Of a stretch of DNA of 64,000 nucleotides, positions 1 through 20,959 are shown one piece after another. Origin of the DNA: the human T2T-CHM13v2.0 reference genome, Homo sapiens; the NCBI RefSeq assembly GCF_009914755.1, contig NC_060925.1. One strand, written 5' to 3'. The first letter of the stretch is position 1. Each line of letters starts with the position of its first letter. Below the pieces are notes generated by a model that searched no databases, was not told the origin of the DNA, and worked only from the letters and a program-made list of their open reading frames with translations. The position numbers and the translations under genes are program-made.

Positions 1-858
1 ACACTCACAGGCACCCAGAAGCGGGGTGCGCGGGCCCGGGGCAGGCTTCTGGGACGCTGTGTTTATAACTCAGCAGGGCCACATTTGCCAGTGGCTGTGA
101 CCCTGGCGGGCTGAGGACCCCGGCTTGCCCTCCGTGGGCTCTCTGCTCCTCTCCCATGCCCTGCAGAAGTTTCCCAGCCCTGGGATCTCTGGTGCTGGCC
201 ACACTCACCCCAATACCCCTGTACCCCTGTACCCCTTGCCTCAGGTCCTGGATCCTGAATCTCCAGCTCTAGGCCTCGGGGACCCCTGGCTCCACCCCTG
301 CCCTAGCCTGGGGCTGGCACACTATGGGAAGGCATCTCCTTGCTGACCAGCCTCAGGGCTTCACCTCAGGCACACCCAGGCCTTGGGCTGGTCAGGGGCG
401 TGGGGTGGCACTGGCACTCACAAGCTCCCGGGGCCTCCATGGTGGTCCTCATCACCCTGGCAGATAGCAGGCTCTCCGCGCCCATCTCCCACCTTGACCC
501 GGGGGGATGGGCTCCCCCCTCCACTAAGGTACCCAGCACAGGGCCTGGCACACAGCTGGTGCCCACCAAGTGTCTGCTGAGTCAGCTGCTCCATCCTGCA
601 CCCCATTGCTCCTGGGAACCTTAGGCTGCAGGTGGCCCCCAGAGGACTGTGCCCAAGGAGTGGACACCACTGTCCCTCTGAGTTGCTGAGTGCAGATGCT
701 CTGGGCCCTGCTGGGCAGGTGGAGGTGGCAGAGCTGGGTGTTCAGCCACACCCAGAAGACCCCACGTGGGAGTGCTGGATAGCAGGGAGGAGTGGCTTGG
801 GCACCGTGGGTGGAGGCAAGATGGCTGTGCCGAGAGGAGCAAAGAGGAAGAGGAAGGA

Positions 859-1153
859 GGCCAGATGTGGTGGCTCACCCCTGTCATCCCAGCACTTTGG
901 GAGGCCGAGGCGGGTGGATCTCCTGAGGTCAGGAGTTTGAGACCAGCCTGGCCAACATGGCGAAACCTGTCTCTACTAAAAATACAAAAAGTAGTCAAGT
1001 GTGGTGGCAGCACCTGCAATCATCCCAGCTCCTTGGAGGTTGAGGCAGGAGAATCGCTTGAACCCAGGAGGCGCAGGCTGCAGTGAGCCAGGATCATGCC
1101 ACTGCACTCCAGCCAGGGCGACAGAGAGAGACTCCGTCTCAAAAAAAAAAAAA
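859..1153 (+). mobile_element. Alu SINE (full dimer)
   Basis: GGCCAG..TGGCTCAC..CCCAGCACTTTGGGAGGCCGAGG start, central TACTAAAAATACAAAAA, A-tail at 1141-1153. Confidence 0.95.
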
Positions 1154-1877
1154 GGGAAACAAAAGAAGAAGAGGAAGGAGACCAGTCCGGTGCCCCAGAG
1201 TGGATGCCGAGCTTTGGGACGGGCTCTCAAGTGGGAAATGACTGGACTTCAGCAAACATGGGCCATTCGGACAAAGCAGGGCCCAGGCAGGCTCCCACTT
1301 GGGGTGGCCGTGGAGGGGTCGCCTCAGAGCCTGGGGCTACCCCCAATCATCACGGATGATGTATCACGCCCTGCACCCCTGGCACTAGGCACAGGTCCAG
1401 GGCCTGGTCATGCGGACTCTGAGGTCAAGGTCCTATGGAGGACAGGTTAACAGGAACCCAGCCTCTCATCTTACTAAGATCTGGCAAAGGAGACACGACT
1501 GGGAAAGCAAAGATGTCAAATGTAAAAACACTAGCGTAGCCTGCTGGACATCTGTATGGGGATGGAGTAACTGGGATCGATTGACACCCCTGGTTCCAAC
1601 AACCAAGAAAGCCGACAAAGTGCAATGAAATTGATATCAGGATCCCGGACACCAGGCAACTCAGGACAGATCCTTGAAAGAAGGAAACAAACGGCGTGGA
1701 CTCTATAATTGCCCTGGCTGCTGCCTTAAAAGAACGTGCAGGATGAGCTGCAGAGAGGGGAAACTGAGGCAGAGCCCAACAAACCCCTCAGTTGAGGAAA
1801 ATGAGCAGAGAATCTGGGGAACAAGGCACACAGTCAGAGTTTTAAAATTCAAAGGGCAGAGCAGCGAAGAGGAGAGA

Positions 1878-1924
1878 GAGGACCCTGAGTAGAGGGAGGA
1901 CCCTGAGTAGAGGGAGGACCCTGC
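1878..1924. repeat. 19-bp tandem repeat (GAGGACCCTGAGTAGAGGG), ~2.5 copies
   Basis: Read directly from sequence. Confidence 0.85.
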
Positions 1925-2532
1925 AGCCCGCAGGAGGCCCTGGAGTGTTCAGCAGAGCACCATTCAGCACACCCGGGACAAAACTCCACGAGGCTGGGGA
2001 AGAACCGTCTGAAGAATTAAGAGGGACCAGGACCTGGGCCTCACACAGGACTGGGCATGGTGCCTGTTCTCCTCAGCCAGGCTGGAAAAACTCAGAGGTC
2101 ACAGGAAGCGGGGGCAAGCTTTCAGAAGGGTCTTGCCACAGTCATGGGGAACCATTGGTGTGAGGCAGACAGGTCTCCAGCAGACCTGTCTAACAAATCA
2201 TAAAAGCAAGACCCAAGAGGATTAAACCGTCTCCAAGTCACTGAACTGTGCCCCAGAACAAAGCTCAAGAATATTTATAGGAATACAAAAATATCCAATA
2301 CCCAACAAGGTAAAATTTACAATGTCTGGCATCCAATCAAAGATTATGAGGCATGCAAAGAATGCAGGAAAGTATGGCCCATAACAAGGAGAAAAATCCA
2401 TCTACTGAAACCGGTCCAAAACTGACACGGATGTTAGAATCAGCAGTAGAGGACATTCAAGCATGGTGATCATAACTGTATTCCATGTTCCAAAGTTAAA
2501 TAGACAGACAGAAGATATAAACAAGAACAAAG

Positions 2533-2860
<328 letters not shown>

Positions 2861-2968
2861 TCAAACTTCTGGAGATGAAAATTATAATGTATGAGATAAA
2901 AAATATGCTGGATGTGATTCACAACAGGTTAAACATCGCAGAAGAAAAGATTTATGAACCTGGAAATG

Positions 2969-3699
<731 letters not shown>

Positions 3700-3820
3700 T
3701 ACAGCTATAGAAGCCATCCCAAGTGGACCATCGAGGGAAAAAAAGAGTTAAAAAGAAAAAACAGAAGGAAGAAAGGAAGGGAACCAGCAAACAGTGGGAC
3801 AACCTCAAGTAGCCCAATCA

Positions 3821-4310
<490 letters not shown>

Positions 4311-4735
4311 TCAACAGAAGAGACTGCTTACTGTTTATTAAGTACACATTAAAACCTAAGTGGTCATTTAAATAAAAATAACAACGTATTATTAATTTTA
4401 TTACATATATGAACATAAAATGTATGAAAACAACTGCATAAAATTGGGACTGGCAAAAAAGGTATATAATTGTACAGTTCTTACGCATGAAGTAGTATAT
4501 TACATCTCTTGAAAATAACTGTGTCACAGCTTGCCAGGAGTAAAGAATAAAATAAAAAAGAAAGAAAGAAACTGTGGTAAGTCAAGATGTACCTCTGCTA
4601 CCCCTGACACAGCAAGACCAACCCTTCCTCCTCCAATACATTTATGATGATCCCCTTTTACTTAACGAGTTGTAAAACCCTAAAGTAATCCCTCAAATAA
4701 CAAAACAAAGAGTTATAATTAATACATTAACAGAG

Positions 4736-5100
4736 GGCCAGGCGTGGTGGCTCACACCTGTAATCCCAGCACTTTGGGAGGCCCAGGTGGGCAGATTGCT
4801 TGAGACCAGGAGTTTAAGAGCAGCCTGGGCAACAGAGTGAGACCTCATCTCTAAAAGAAAAAAAAATTTTTTTAAATTAACCAGGCGTGGTGGTGTGCAC
4901 CTATAGTCCCAGCTACTCAGGAGGCTGAGGCAGGAGGATTACTTGAGCCCAGGAGGTCAAGGCTGCAGTGAGCTATGATTTCACTACTGTACTTCAGCCT
5001 GGGTGACAGTGAGACCTTGTCTCAAAAAAGAAAAAATCAGTTAGAAAAACAAACAAACAAACAAACAAACAAACAAAAAATATATATATATATAAAAAAA
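4736..5100 (+). mobile_element. Alu (AluJ-like) followed by (AAAC)n and (TA)n microsatellites
   Basis: TGAGCCCAGGAGGTCAAGGCTGCAGTGAGCTATGAT right arm; simple repeats at ~5046-5095. Confidence 0.9.
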
Positions 5101-5597
5101 ATCAGAGATGATAAAATGGAATCATAAAAAATGCCCAATTCAAAAAAGATAAAAATAGATATAGAGGGGAAACAAACAGCTGGGGCAAATTAAAAAATAG
5201 TAAAATGGTAAATTTAATCCTACTGTGTCAATAACCATATTAAATGTGAATGGTATAAACAGTTCAGTTAAAAGGCAGAGATTGTTAGACTGGATAAAAA
5301 GCAAGACGACGATATGCTGTCTACAAAAAGTACACTTTAAAAACATAGGCAGGTTAAAAGTAAAAGGATGGATAGAGCTACACCATGCTAATGCTAGTCA
5401 AAAGAAATAAAAAGTGACCATATTAATATCACAGAAAGTAGATGTAAGAGTAAGGGCAGTTACTAGGGATAAAGAAAGTAATTTCACAGTGATAAGGGAT
5501 CAACTGATTAAACTACATAAAAATCCTAAATGTGTATGCCCCCAATAACAGAGCCCCAAAATACATGAACCAAAAATTGAAAGAAAGAAAAGCAGAA

Positions 5598-8327
<2,730 letters not shown>

Positions 8328-8431
8328 TGATTTATAAAATATTGTACACAACAAAATTCACATTCTTCTCAAGTGCACACAAACTCTTCCCGAAAATTGA
8401 AGAGAGAATTTTTCCCAATTCACTCATTCTA

Positions 8432-8848
<417 letters not shown>

Positions 8849-8916
8849 TTACACCAAACAAAAAGATTAATACCGAACGGTTCACAGTCCTAAATGTAAG
8901 AGCTAAAAATATGTCA

Positions 8917-9411
<495 letters not shown>

Positions 9412-9459
9412 TGATAAGGGGCTTGTGTCTAGAATATGTCAAGAACTCTTACGACATCT

Positions 9460-9905
9460 TGATGCAGAGCAGGTGAGCTCCACAGCAGGGCTTAGCCTGT
9501 GAGGGTTCTTGGCTTTGGCCAGGGAAGGATTTAAGGGTGAATGGGAGGTATGGAAGCGGCAGGGCTACAGCTCCTGCAGAGCGGGGCTGCCCCCCAGGCA
9601 GAAAGCAGCAGCTCAGGGCAGTGTCGCAGTCATATTTATACCCACTTTTAACTGCGTGCAGATCAAGGGGTGGTTTATGTGGACATTTCTAGGGAAGCGG
9701 CAGTAACTTTTGGGTCATCAGGCCATTGCCATGGAAAGGGGTGGTAACTCCCAGGTGTTGCCATGGTGATGGTAAACTGGCATGATGCGTTGGTGGGCGT
9801 GTCTTATGGAAGGCTGCTTCCTCCCTGACCCTGTTTTATCTAGTCCTCAATTTGGTCTTGTGTCTGAGCCCCACTTCTGGAGTCAAGTTCTGCCTCTTAT
9901 CTCCA
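9460..9905 (-). mobile_element. ERV1 solo LTR, MER66-like
   Basis: Minus strand begins TGGAGATAAGAGGCAGAACTTGACTCC and ends GCTCACCTGCTCTGCATCA; internal GGGTATAAATATG; family assigned from memory of consensus. Confidence 0.75.
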
Positions 9906-10046
9906 TTTCTCCAACTAAGATCTACAAATGGCCCATAGCACACAAAAAGATGCTCAACATCATTAGCCTTTAGGGAAATGTAAATCCAAACCACAAGAAG
10001 GCACCACTTCACACCCACAAAGATGGCTACATCCAAAAGACAGACA

Positions 10047-10645
<599 letters not shown>

Positions 10646-11920
10646 AAGACAGACAATAGCAAGTACTGAGGAGGGTGTAAAGCCATTGGAACCCTCTTTC
10701 ATTGCTGGAGGTAATGTAAAAACCTTGCAGCTTTTCATGTTCAGACTGAAAAGGAAGAAGTAAAACTGTATTTATTTATAAACAATATGATCGTATATAG
10801 AGAAAATCTTAAGGAATCCTCTAAGAAACTAGTAGAACTAATAAATGAGTAAAGCAAGTCAAAGGAAATGAGGTCAATATGTAAAAATCAATTGTAGTCT
10901 ACGGCAACCTCTGAAATGAAGTTAAGAAAATTCTACTCATGATGGCATAAAAAGAATAAACAAATTTATCAGCATTTAGAAATAATTAATAAAATAATTA
11001 TAATTCAATATCTAATAAATAACATTATTATGTATTAATAGCTTTCACAAAGAAGTGCAAGATGTGTGCTGAAAGGAACAAGACGCTGGTGATAAAGTAA
11101 GAACTCTACCTAAATGGAGAGATGCTTCTGTGTTCATGAGATGGAGGCCTCAGTGTTGGTAAGATTTCATCTGGACATTCTCTCCAGAGGGGTTCAACGC
11201 ACCTCCATCAACATTCCAGCAGCCTTCTTTTGTTGTTGTTGCAGAAGTTGGCAAACTGATCTTAAAATTTTATACAGAAATGTAAAGGTCCCAGCAGAGT
11301 CAAGATCATTTTGAAAAGGAAAAACAAAACTGGAGGACTCTCCAATTGGAAAACGTGCTAAAAGCAACAAGAATCCAGATAGCGTGGCCCTGGCATAGAC
11401 TGAGGATAAATCAGGATAGACAGATCAGTGGAGCAGACTGGGGGTCCAGGCATCAACCCTGACTCTTAGGGCTGACTGATTTTCAACCAAGGTGCCAGGG
11501 CAACTCAACGGCAAAAGGACGGTGTTCTCAACAAATGATGCTGGGATGATTGAACATCCCCATGAAGAAAAGATGAATTTAGAACTTTATCTTTTCCATA
11601 AAAAATAACTCACACTGGATCCCAGGCCTAAATGTAAGAGCTAGAACTATAAGAGTTCTGGAGGGATACGAGAAAATCTTTGTGAAACTTGGGTTAGGCA
11701 AAGAATTCTTAAATACGGTACCAAAACTATGCTCCATAAAAGAAAAAATGGACAAACTGGACTTCAGCAAAATGAAAAACTTTTGCTGTTCCAAAGATAG
11801 CATTAGGCAAATGAAAAGATGAGCCGTAGGTGGACGGAAAGCATTTGCAAAGACATATCTGATAAAGGACTTATATCCGCAATAGGTAAAGAACTCTATA
11901 GCTAAAAATAAGAAGACAAC

Positions 11921-12600
<680 letters not shown>

Positions 12601-12898
12601 TGATAGTCTAATTTTTAAAAAATGGGTACAATATTTGAATAGACATTTCTCCAAAGAAGATAAACAAACAGCCAATCAACACAGCGAGAGCCACTCATCG
12701 TCATCACTCGTTAGGGAAATGCGAATCAAAATCACGAGGAGCTATCACTTCACACCCACAGGGCAGCTATTACAAAAAGACACAATTCCAAGTGTTGGGA
12801 AGACGCAGAGAAATCTGAACCTTCATGCATTACTGGTGGGACTGTAAAATGCTGCAGCAATTTTGGAAAAACAGTTTAGCAGTTTCTTTAAAAGTTTA

Positions 12899-13194
12899 GG
12901 CCAGGCGCGGTGGCTCACGCCTGTAATCCCAGCACTTTGGGAGGCTGGGGCGGGCTGATCACCTGAGGTCGGGAGTTCGAGACCAGCCTGACCAACATGG
13001 CGAAACCCCATCTCTACTCAAAATACAAAATTAGTGGGGCATGATGGCACATGCCTGTAATCCCAGCTACTCAGGAGGCCAAGGCAGAATCACTTGAACG
13101 CGGGAGGCGGAGGTTGCGGAGAGCCGACATTGCACCACTGCACTCCAGCCTGGACAGCAAGAGTGAAACTCCATCTCAAAAAAAAAAAAAAAAA
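12899..13194 (+). mobile_element. Alu SINE
   Basis: Alu consensus with A-tail. Confidence 0.95.
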
Positions 13195-13424
13195 GTTCAA
13201 ACATAAATCTACCATGTGATCCAGCAATTCCATTCATAGGTGCATACCCATGAGAAATGAAAACACATTCACACAAAAACTTGTATACACATGTCCACAG
13301 CAGCACTATTCATAACAGCCCAAGGTACAAACAACTGCGATGGCCAGCAGCGGATGAGTGGGGAAGCAGAAAGTAGCCCCTCACTAGAATGGAAGACTGT
13401 TCCTCCTAAAAAGGAAGGACACTC

Positions 13425-13563
13425 TGACACACGTGCACGCGTGCCCCCCCACACGTATACACATTCAGACCTGTGCACACCTGTGCAAGGCATACACACA
13501 TATGCACACACATACAGGAGCACGCACATCACACAATATGTGCACACATGCTTGCACACACAC
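13425..13563. repeat. Degenerate (CA)n-rich low-complexity repeat
   Basis: CACAC/TACAC/TGCAC alternation. Confidence 0.8.
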
Positions 13564-13723
13564 CCAAGGCTGCCCTGACTGGCAGGGAAGCTGGCACACC
13601 TGCGACCTCTCTGCCAGGCTCTGGGCACGAAGTCACTGCTGTGCCTCAGGAGCCACATGCAACATCTCGTCCGCATCTTCACTGCTTAAGAACCTGCTGC
13701 CTGTTTCTCTTTTGGAAACGTTA

Positions 13724-15097
<1,374 letters not shown>

Positions 15098-15586
15098 CTA
15101 ACAGGTCTTGGTCCCCCAAGGTCCTCCAACCCAGGAGGTATGTGTGGGGCTGCCTGGGCTGAGACCTTGCAGGTGCCCCGGCGCAGGGCCAGAGTCGGTG
15201 CTGGCGGCACCTGCACCTGTGTCGTGAACTTGGCCCCGAGGTTTGGATGAGTGTTGTGTCCCTGGCTAGACTGACCCCTGGGGTGGCACCCTCATCCTGG
15301 AATCTATTGAGAGGCCACCCAGAGGCCACCAGGAACACCATGGGGAGAGGGAGGGTGGCTCGGGAGGCAGCCCCCAGAGGAGGCCCAACTGGCTGGTCCT
15401 TCTGTGAGCCGAGGCCACCCTGTGGCCACATCACAGTGCAGAGGGCTCAGGGAAATTGGACAGAGGCCACTTGGGGGACAGCGCAGCCATGACGAGGCCA
15501 CCCCCAGACACTCAGGCCCCAAGTCCGGGAAGCCCCACTTGCAGCAGGACCACTTTTGACATCAGATTAGAACATGTTTTTCCTTA

Positions 15587-15847
<261 letters not shown>

Positions 15848-18800
15848 TCAGGCTGGTGGCTCCCAAGGGGCTTTTGTGGGTCCCCGCATGGCACTGCAGC
15901 TTCCTGGTGCTACAGCAGGGCCCCAGGACCAAAGGCTGCTAGAAAACCACATCGTCTCGAGGGTCCTTGCAGCCTGTCCCTCGGTGGTGAGAAACTGTTT
16001 CATTAGAATGCAATCCAATTTGCTTTGCAAAATATACTCCCTTTGGAATTTTAACGATGCCAGGAGGTATGGGAACAACGGCACAGTATATAAAATGCAA
16101 ACAAAACCTCGAAGGGGCACATTTCAGCAAAAAAAAAAAATCCTTTTAATACAAAGATATTGTGTTTGTGGCATGTATCATAAAGGAGGCCTGAACCCGC
16201 AAACTGGCCGACTGTGGCGTTGGGATTAAGGTGCCCTGCTTGTCCGTTACACTGTTCATTTATACATGAAGAGGCCAATTAAAAAACACAGTTTGAAAAA
16301 ATGTGCCCGTGAGCTTGGGAGAAATGCCTGTTCGCTGTACACCCCAACTCTGCCTCCTTCATAACAAGCCTGGTTTCCAAGTCATACAACAAAGCCTGGG
16401 AAAATCATGTGAAATAGCAGGGTGATTATTTTCATGGAAAATTTAAATGGTATTTCATTTGACTCTGAATTACTTCTATTAGAAGAAAAATTAACCAAAG
16501 GCACGTTTTGCTTCTGTTCACTCTCTGGCAGGAGCCAAGTGGGCTCCTGCTTCCCTGCCCGGCCCTCCCTGGGTGCCTTTCCCAGGGGAACCCCGAGGCA
16601 GCGGTGGCAGGTCTGCAGGGCGCAGCGTGTGCCTTCTGGGGCTTCTCCACGGATCCTGGGCCCTGGGATGTGTGGGAAGAGACAGCGAGGGCCGAGGGCC
16701 AGGGCTGAGGAGTGTGGCAGATCAGGGACAAGTGGATGGCGCTGGAGCTCTCTCTGGCTGCAGGGAGACAGGGCCTCTGCAGACAGTCCTGAAGGCGACT
16801 GGATTGCCCCAAAGGCCAGGGAGAGCCACAGTACATGAAGGGCTGGGGCAGGGTGGGGGCAACTCACAGCTGCTGGCTGGGAGCACGGCTCACGCCTCCA
16901 GGCAGGGGGCTCCGATCCGAGACAACTGGCAGCCCGCGTGGGTGCCCGGAGGCAGCAAAAAGGCAGCTCTCAGCTTCAGGAGAGGCTGGGCAGCCAGCTC
17001 GGGGTGCCAGGTGGGCAGAGGCCCGGCTGCTGTCTGGACAGGGCCCTTGCTCCTGAGGCTCTTGTTCCTCCAGCTCCCAGACCCCAAGATCCCAGCCAGC
17101 ACCCACCCGGCTGCATTCCTGCAGTGTTCCAAGCTGAGCGCACCACTGACGTCACCCCATCGGCCTAGACAGTTGCCCTGAAGATCAGAGTCCGGTTCAC
17201 CGTGCCACCCTGGGCTCTGGGCAAGCACCATCCACACTGGCAACTACAGTGGATGGGGGCCCCAGAGCTGACCACATGTGGGGTCAGGTGAGAGTGGTTC
17301 TGGGCTTCAGCTACCAAGGACTGGCGCAGAGTCCATGGGCTGCCCTGACTGCTGCTGCACGGCATGCCTGGAGGCCATGCCATGCCCTGTTGGAGGCCGT
17401 GGGCACCCTTGCATCCACAGAGCACCTCCCCTCAGCCTTGCCCCCTCAGCTCTCTGTCCTATGACTCCAGACGTTCCCACCAAACTGGGTGAGAGTCCAA
17501 CGCATTTGATTGGCATCTCTTGAGGGTCCCTTCCTGGGACCATTGTCCTCACTGTCTCTCATCTCATTCACGCTGGACGGGGAGAGGCGCGAGTCAGCGC
17601 ACAGCTGAGGGCTCTTCAGGGCGTCCGGGGCCCCCGTCACCGTCAGTGATGAGAATGGCGATGTCTGGTCTCTGCCCCCTTCCACCTGCTCGGCCTCTGG
17701 AAGGTGCCCCGGGCTTTCAGGAGGAGGGAGGTGGAGCTGCGGGGCAGGGCTGACACCAGCTGCAATATGGCGTCCAGGGTGAGTACCCAGTGAGGCTGTG
17801 GCTGGGCAGGGGAAGCCAGACACACTCGAGTCATGAGAAATGCAGAGGTGCAGAGCCCGCCTTTGGGGTGAGTGGCTCCTCCCATGGTTGGTCTGGGGCT
17901 GCGGCTCACGTATGTGGCACGAGCCTGCCTGGCATCCCCCTCCCTGGGTGCGCAGCAATCAGGTCAGGGCTTGGCATCCTCGGTACCCACCGCTGGTGTC
18001 CGGGTGGGAGGGCTGAGCCAGGCAAGCTTTCATGCAGCACTTGGTCAGTCCAAGCACATTTGAGTGATCAATTCAACTGATCCAATAGCCCGGTCTTGTC
18101 TAATTCACGTTATCAATCACACCTTTGACAATTCGGCTGTTTCTGTTTCATGTACCCCAAGCAGGAACGAGCAAGAGCTTATTAAATAGGGTGCAGGGGA
18201 GGCTCCTGATCCTCCTGCTGACGGCACAGACTGGGACACTGAGAGTCCTGGAGCAGCTGCCTCCCACCCGGGCCTCAGGGAGCACCCAGGCACAGTCCAG
18301 GCCGATGCCCAGCGTGGAGAGTTACGTGCGGGGCCTCAGCCACACAGAGGCTGGGACCGAGGAATGGGCATTTTGCCACCTGCTCACCCTCCTCCTCCCT
18401 GCTGGGCCACTGCCTGGCACCCAGGTGAGCACAGGTGTGCGGTACGGGACACGGGAAGGTGGTGGTGGTCACACGACCTTTGGGGAAGGGCCACTGGGGT
18501 CCAGGTCCACACCCAAAACACAGAGGCAAACAGCGGTTCCAAAGTCAGGAAGCAGTCGTGCAGGATGATGGTGACACACATACGTCCCCCTCGGTCACAA
18601 AGGCGACCCCAGGACCACAAGGGTGTCCTCTGTGAGGGGCCCTCCCTTCCCTGCCCAGCCGGGTGGCAGAGCACTCAGGAGGCCCCGGGCAGTGCTCGGC
18701 TCTCCCCAGCTCCCAGCACCACTCAGCCGAAGGCTCACACCTTCCCTGATAGTCGACAAGCTCGGACGGCTCGGCTGGTGCAGGGACTGCTCTGGCGCTG

Positions 18801-20959
18801 GCCCACTCCAAGCAGCCTGGGGCAGAAGAGGTTGTGAGTGCTCTTCTTTCTCCCAATGGGAAGCACTTCTGGTCCATTCATGCTGTTTTCTTTCCATGCT
18901 TTATTGGAAGCTATGCCCTCTGTTTTCAGGCCCTAGTCAGGCATCCACCCTCCCCTGGCACCATCAGGCACTTCCTGCCTCTGGCCCTCCTGGGGGGGTC
19001 CTGGGTCTGGTGCTCCTTGGGGTTCAACAGCCCTGGGAGGTGGGGGTGAAGAGCAGGGGCTCCAGCTTTCCCCAGTGTTGGCCTCGAGGGTGCTGTGGTC
19101 TGGAGAAAGTAACCCCCAACCATTGCCAAACCTTGGGCATCAAGAGACGGGGCCTTTGCTGAGGTTCACGGCCTGGTGCACCAGGTGGGGGCTCCGAGGA
19201 CCAGCTGCCCAGCCCCCTCAGGCCACGTCATGAGTGAGGAGCCTGCCGGACCCTTCTGCCTGGGCCCTGCGACTGCTCAGGGGCTGGTGTGCCTTGGTGG
19301 CACGGGTGGGGCTAGCTCTGGTTTCTGAAGACCGGCCATTTGCATCACTTCATGGTAACAGTGAGGACCAGGGGTCCTGCATTTGACCTCGCTGGTCCCA
19401 TCGCAAGTGCCTGGGCTTCAAGGTGTGAACTGTGAGGAGTTCCAGAGGGGACATGGGGCCTGCCCTAGTGTAACCCTAGTGCTTCCATGACGGCCCCAAC
19501 AGCCGGCCCCCTCCTCTGCCCCAGGGTGGTGGGGGGTCCACATGAGGCAAGCCGGCCAGACTCCCCACAGGCCATGCGTGCTCAAACACCCCAAATTATC
19601 TACATGATTCTCAGTGTTACATGCACCCCAGGAGTCCCCCACTGGCCCAGGCTTCCTGGACTGTGACCCCTGGGTCCAAGGGCAGTAGGCCCAAACGTGG
19701 AGGCTATAGGCCCCGTGGAGGCCCCCGGTTGGGCATTCCCACACACGCCCAGCTGAGGAGAGGAGGCTCGGGGACTGCGGCAGGCAAAGCCGCCCAGAAG
19801 GAGCCACCTGCTCCGTGCAGTGAGCAGGTGCTCGGCACCCAGCGGCAACTCCGGGAAAGCTGGCGTGTGAGACAGCCAACACTCACGGCGCAGCTGATAC
19901 AGCCAGGGATGCCCGGAGGGCCGCGCTGCTGCCAACATGGGTAGGAGACACTCTGATGTGCACACACACGTGTGGCCTCTACTCTGTCTGCTCCGTCTCC
20001 CACCGAGGATGTTCTGGAGGACGTGTGGGGCCTGCCCAAGCCCTCGGGTCCTGGGAGGTCGAGCAGTAAGCTGTAAACTAGGAGTGTGGGGGACGGAGAT
20101 GGCTGAGGCGTCACAGGCTGGTGGGGGTGCTCGTGGCCCAGGACCTCTGTGGCTTCCGGGACCGGCCTGAGCCGCGTGGCTCCTGTCCCTGTGGAAGAGG
20201 AGCCTTCTCTGCTTTGGGATCCGCTGTTCTTATTTTCCGTCAGAAGAAGCTGTAACACGTTTATTTTCAGGAATGCATTTTTTTCTAGAATGCATTTTTA
20301 AAAAAAGGTTCTTCATAGAGCTTTGCATTAAGGAATACTGGCTGCAAGGCAGGAGACACGGTTTGCAGAAAACACACCTGCTGTCGAGAGGGAGAACAGG
20401 TCTCCCGGAGGGGCCTCACCAACCCTGAGCTCATGGTGCCTGGGTAGCAGCCGATGTCTCCTTGAGTTTCTCCTACTATAGATGGGTGGATCAGAGCTGA
20501 TGTAGGAGGTGCCAAGGGCATGATCCGAGGTGGGCAGAGGTGAAGGCCAGGAGAGAGAGAAGAAAGGACTTACCACTTTCTAGTCTTTTCAGAACATAAA
20601 ATGATCTCTAAAAATAAACGAACAGCCGGCGCTGGTTGGGGTGTGGCTGGAGGGGCAGGGCAGTTCTAAGAGGCAACTCAGTGTCCAAGAAGGTCCCAGC
20701 GCCTACCTCGTGGCCCTGATCGATGGTTTAAGCTCCCAGGGAAGAAGTCAAAAGGCCAAACTCCTGTGCACAAAGGCACTCCACAAAGCCTGGCAGCACC
20801 AAACATGGTGAGGGGCAGGTGCTCACGGGTGGGGGCAGCTGGTGGCCAGGACTGGGGGAGACTACAGCTGCCAAGAAGCGTCAAAGAGGGGGAGACCGGG
20901 TGCGCAGTGGTGGCCACGGCTGACAGTGGGTGGGCTTGCATCTCAATTGTGGTTATTGT

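Noticed and set aside
18900-20265. Minus-strand AATAAA hexamers (18900-18905, 20260-20265) as intronic MORN1 polyA sites
   Set aside because: Hexamers alone are too common, and I could not define a terminal exon
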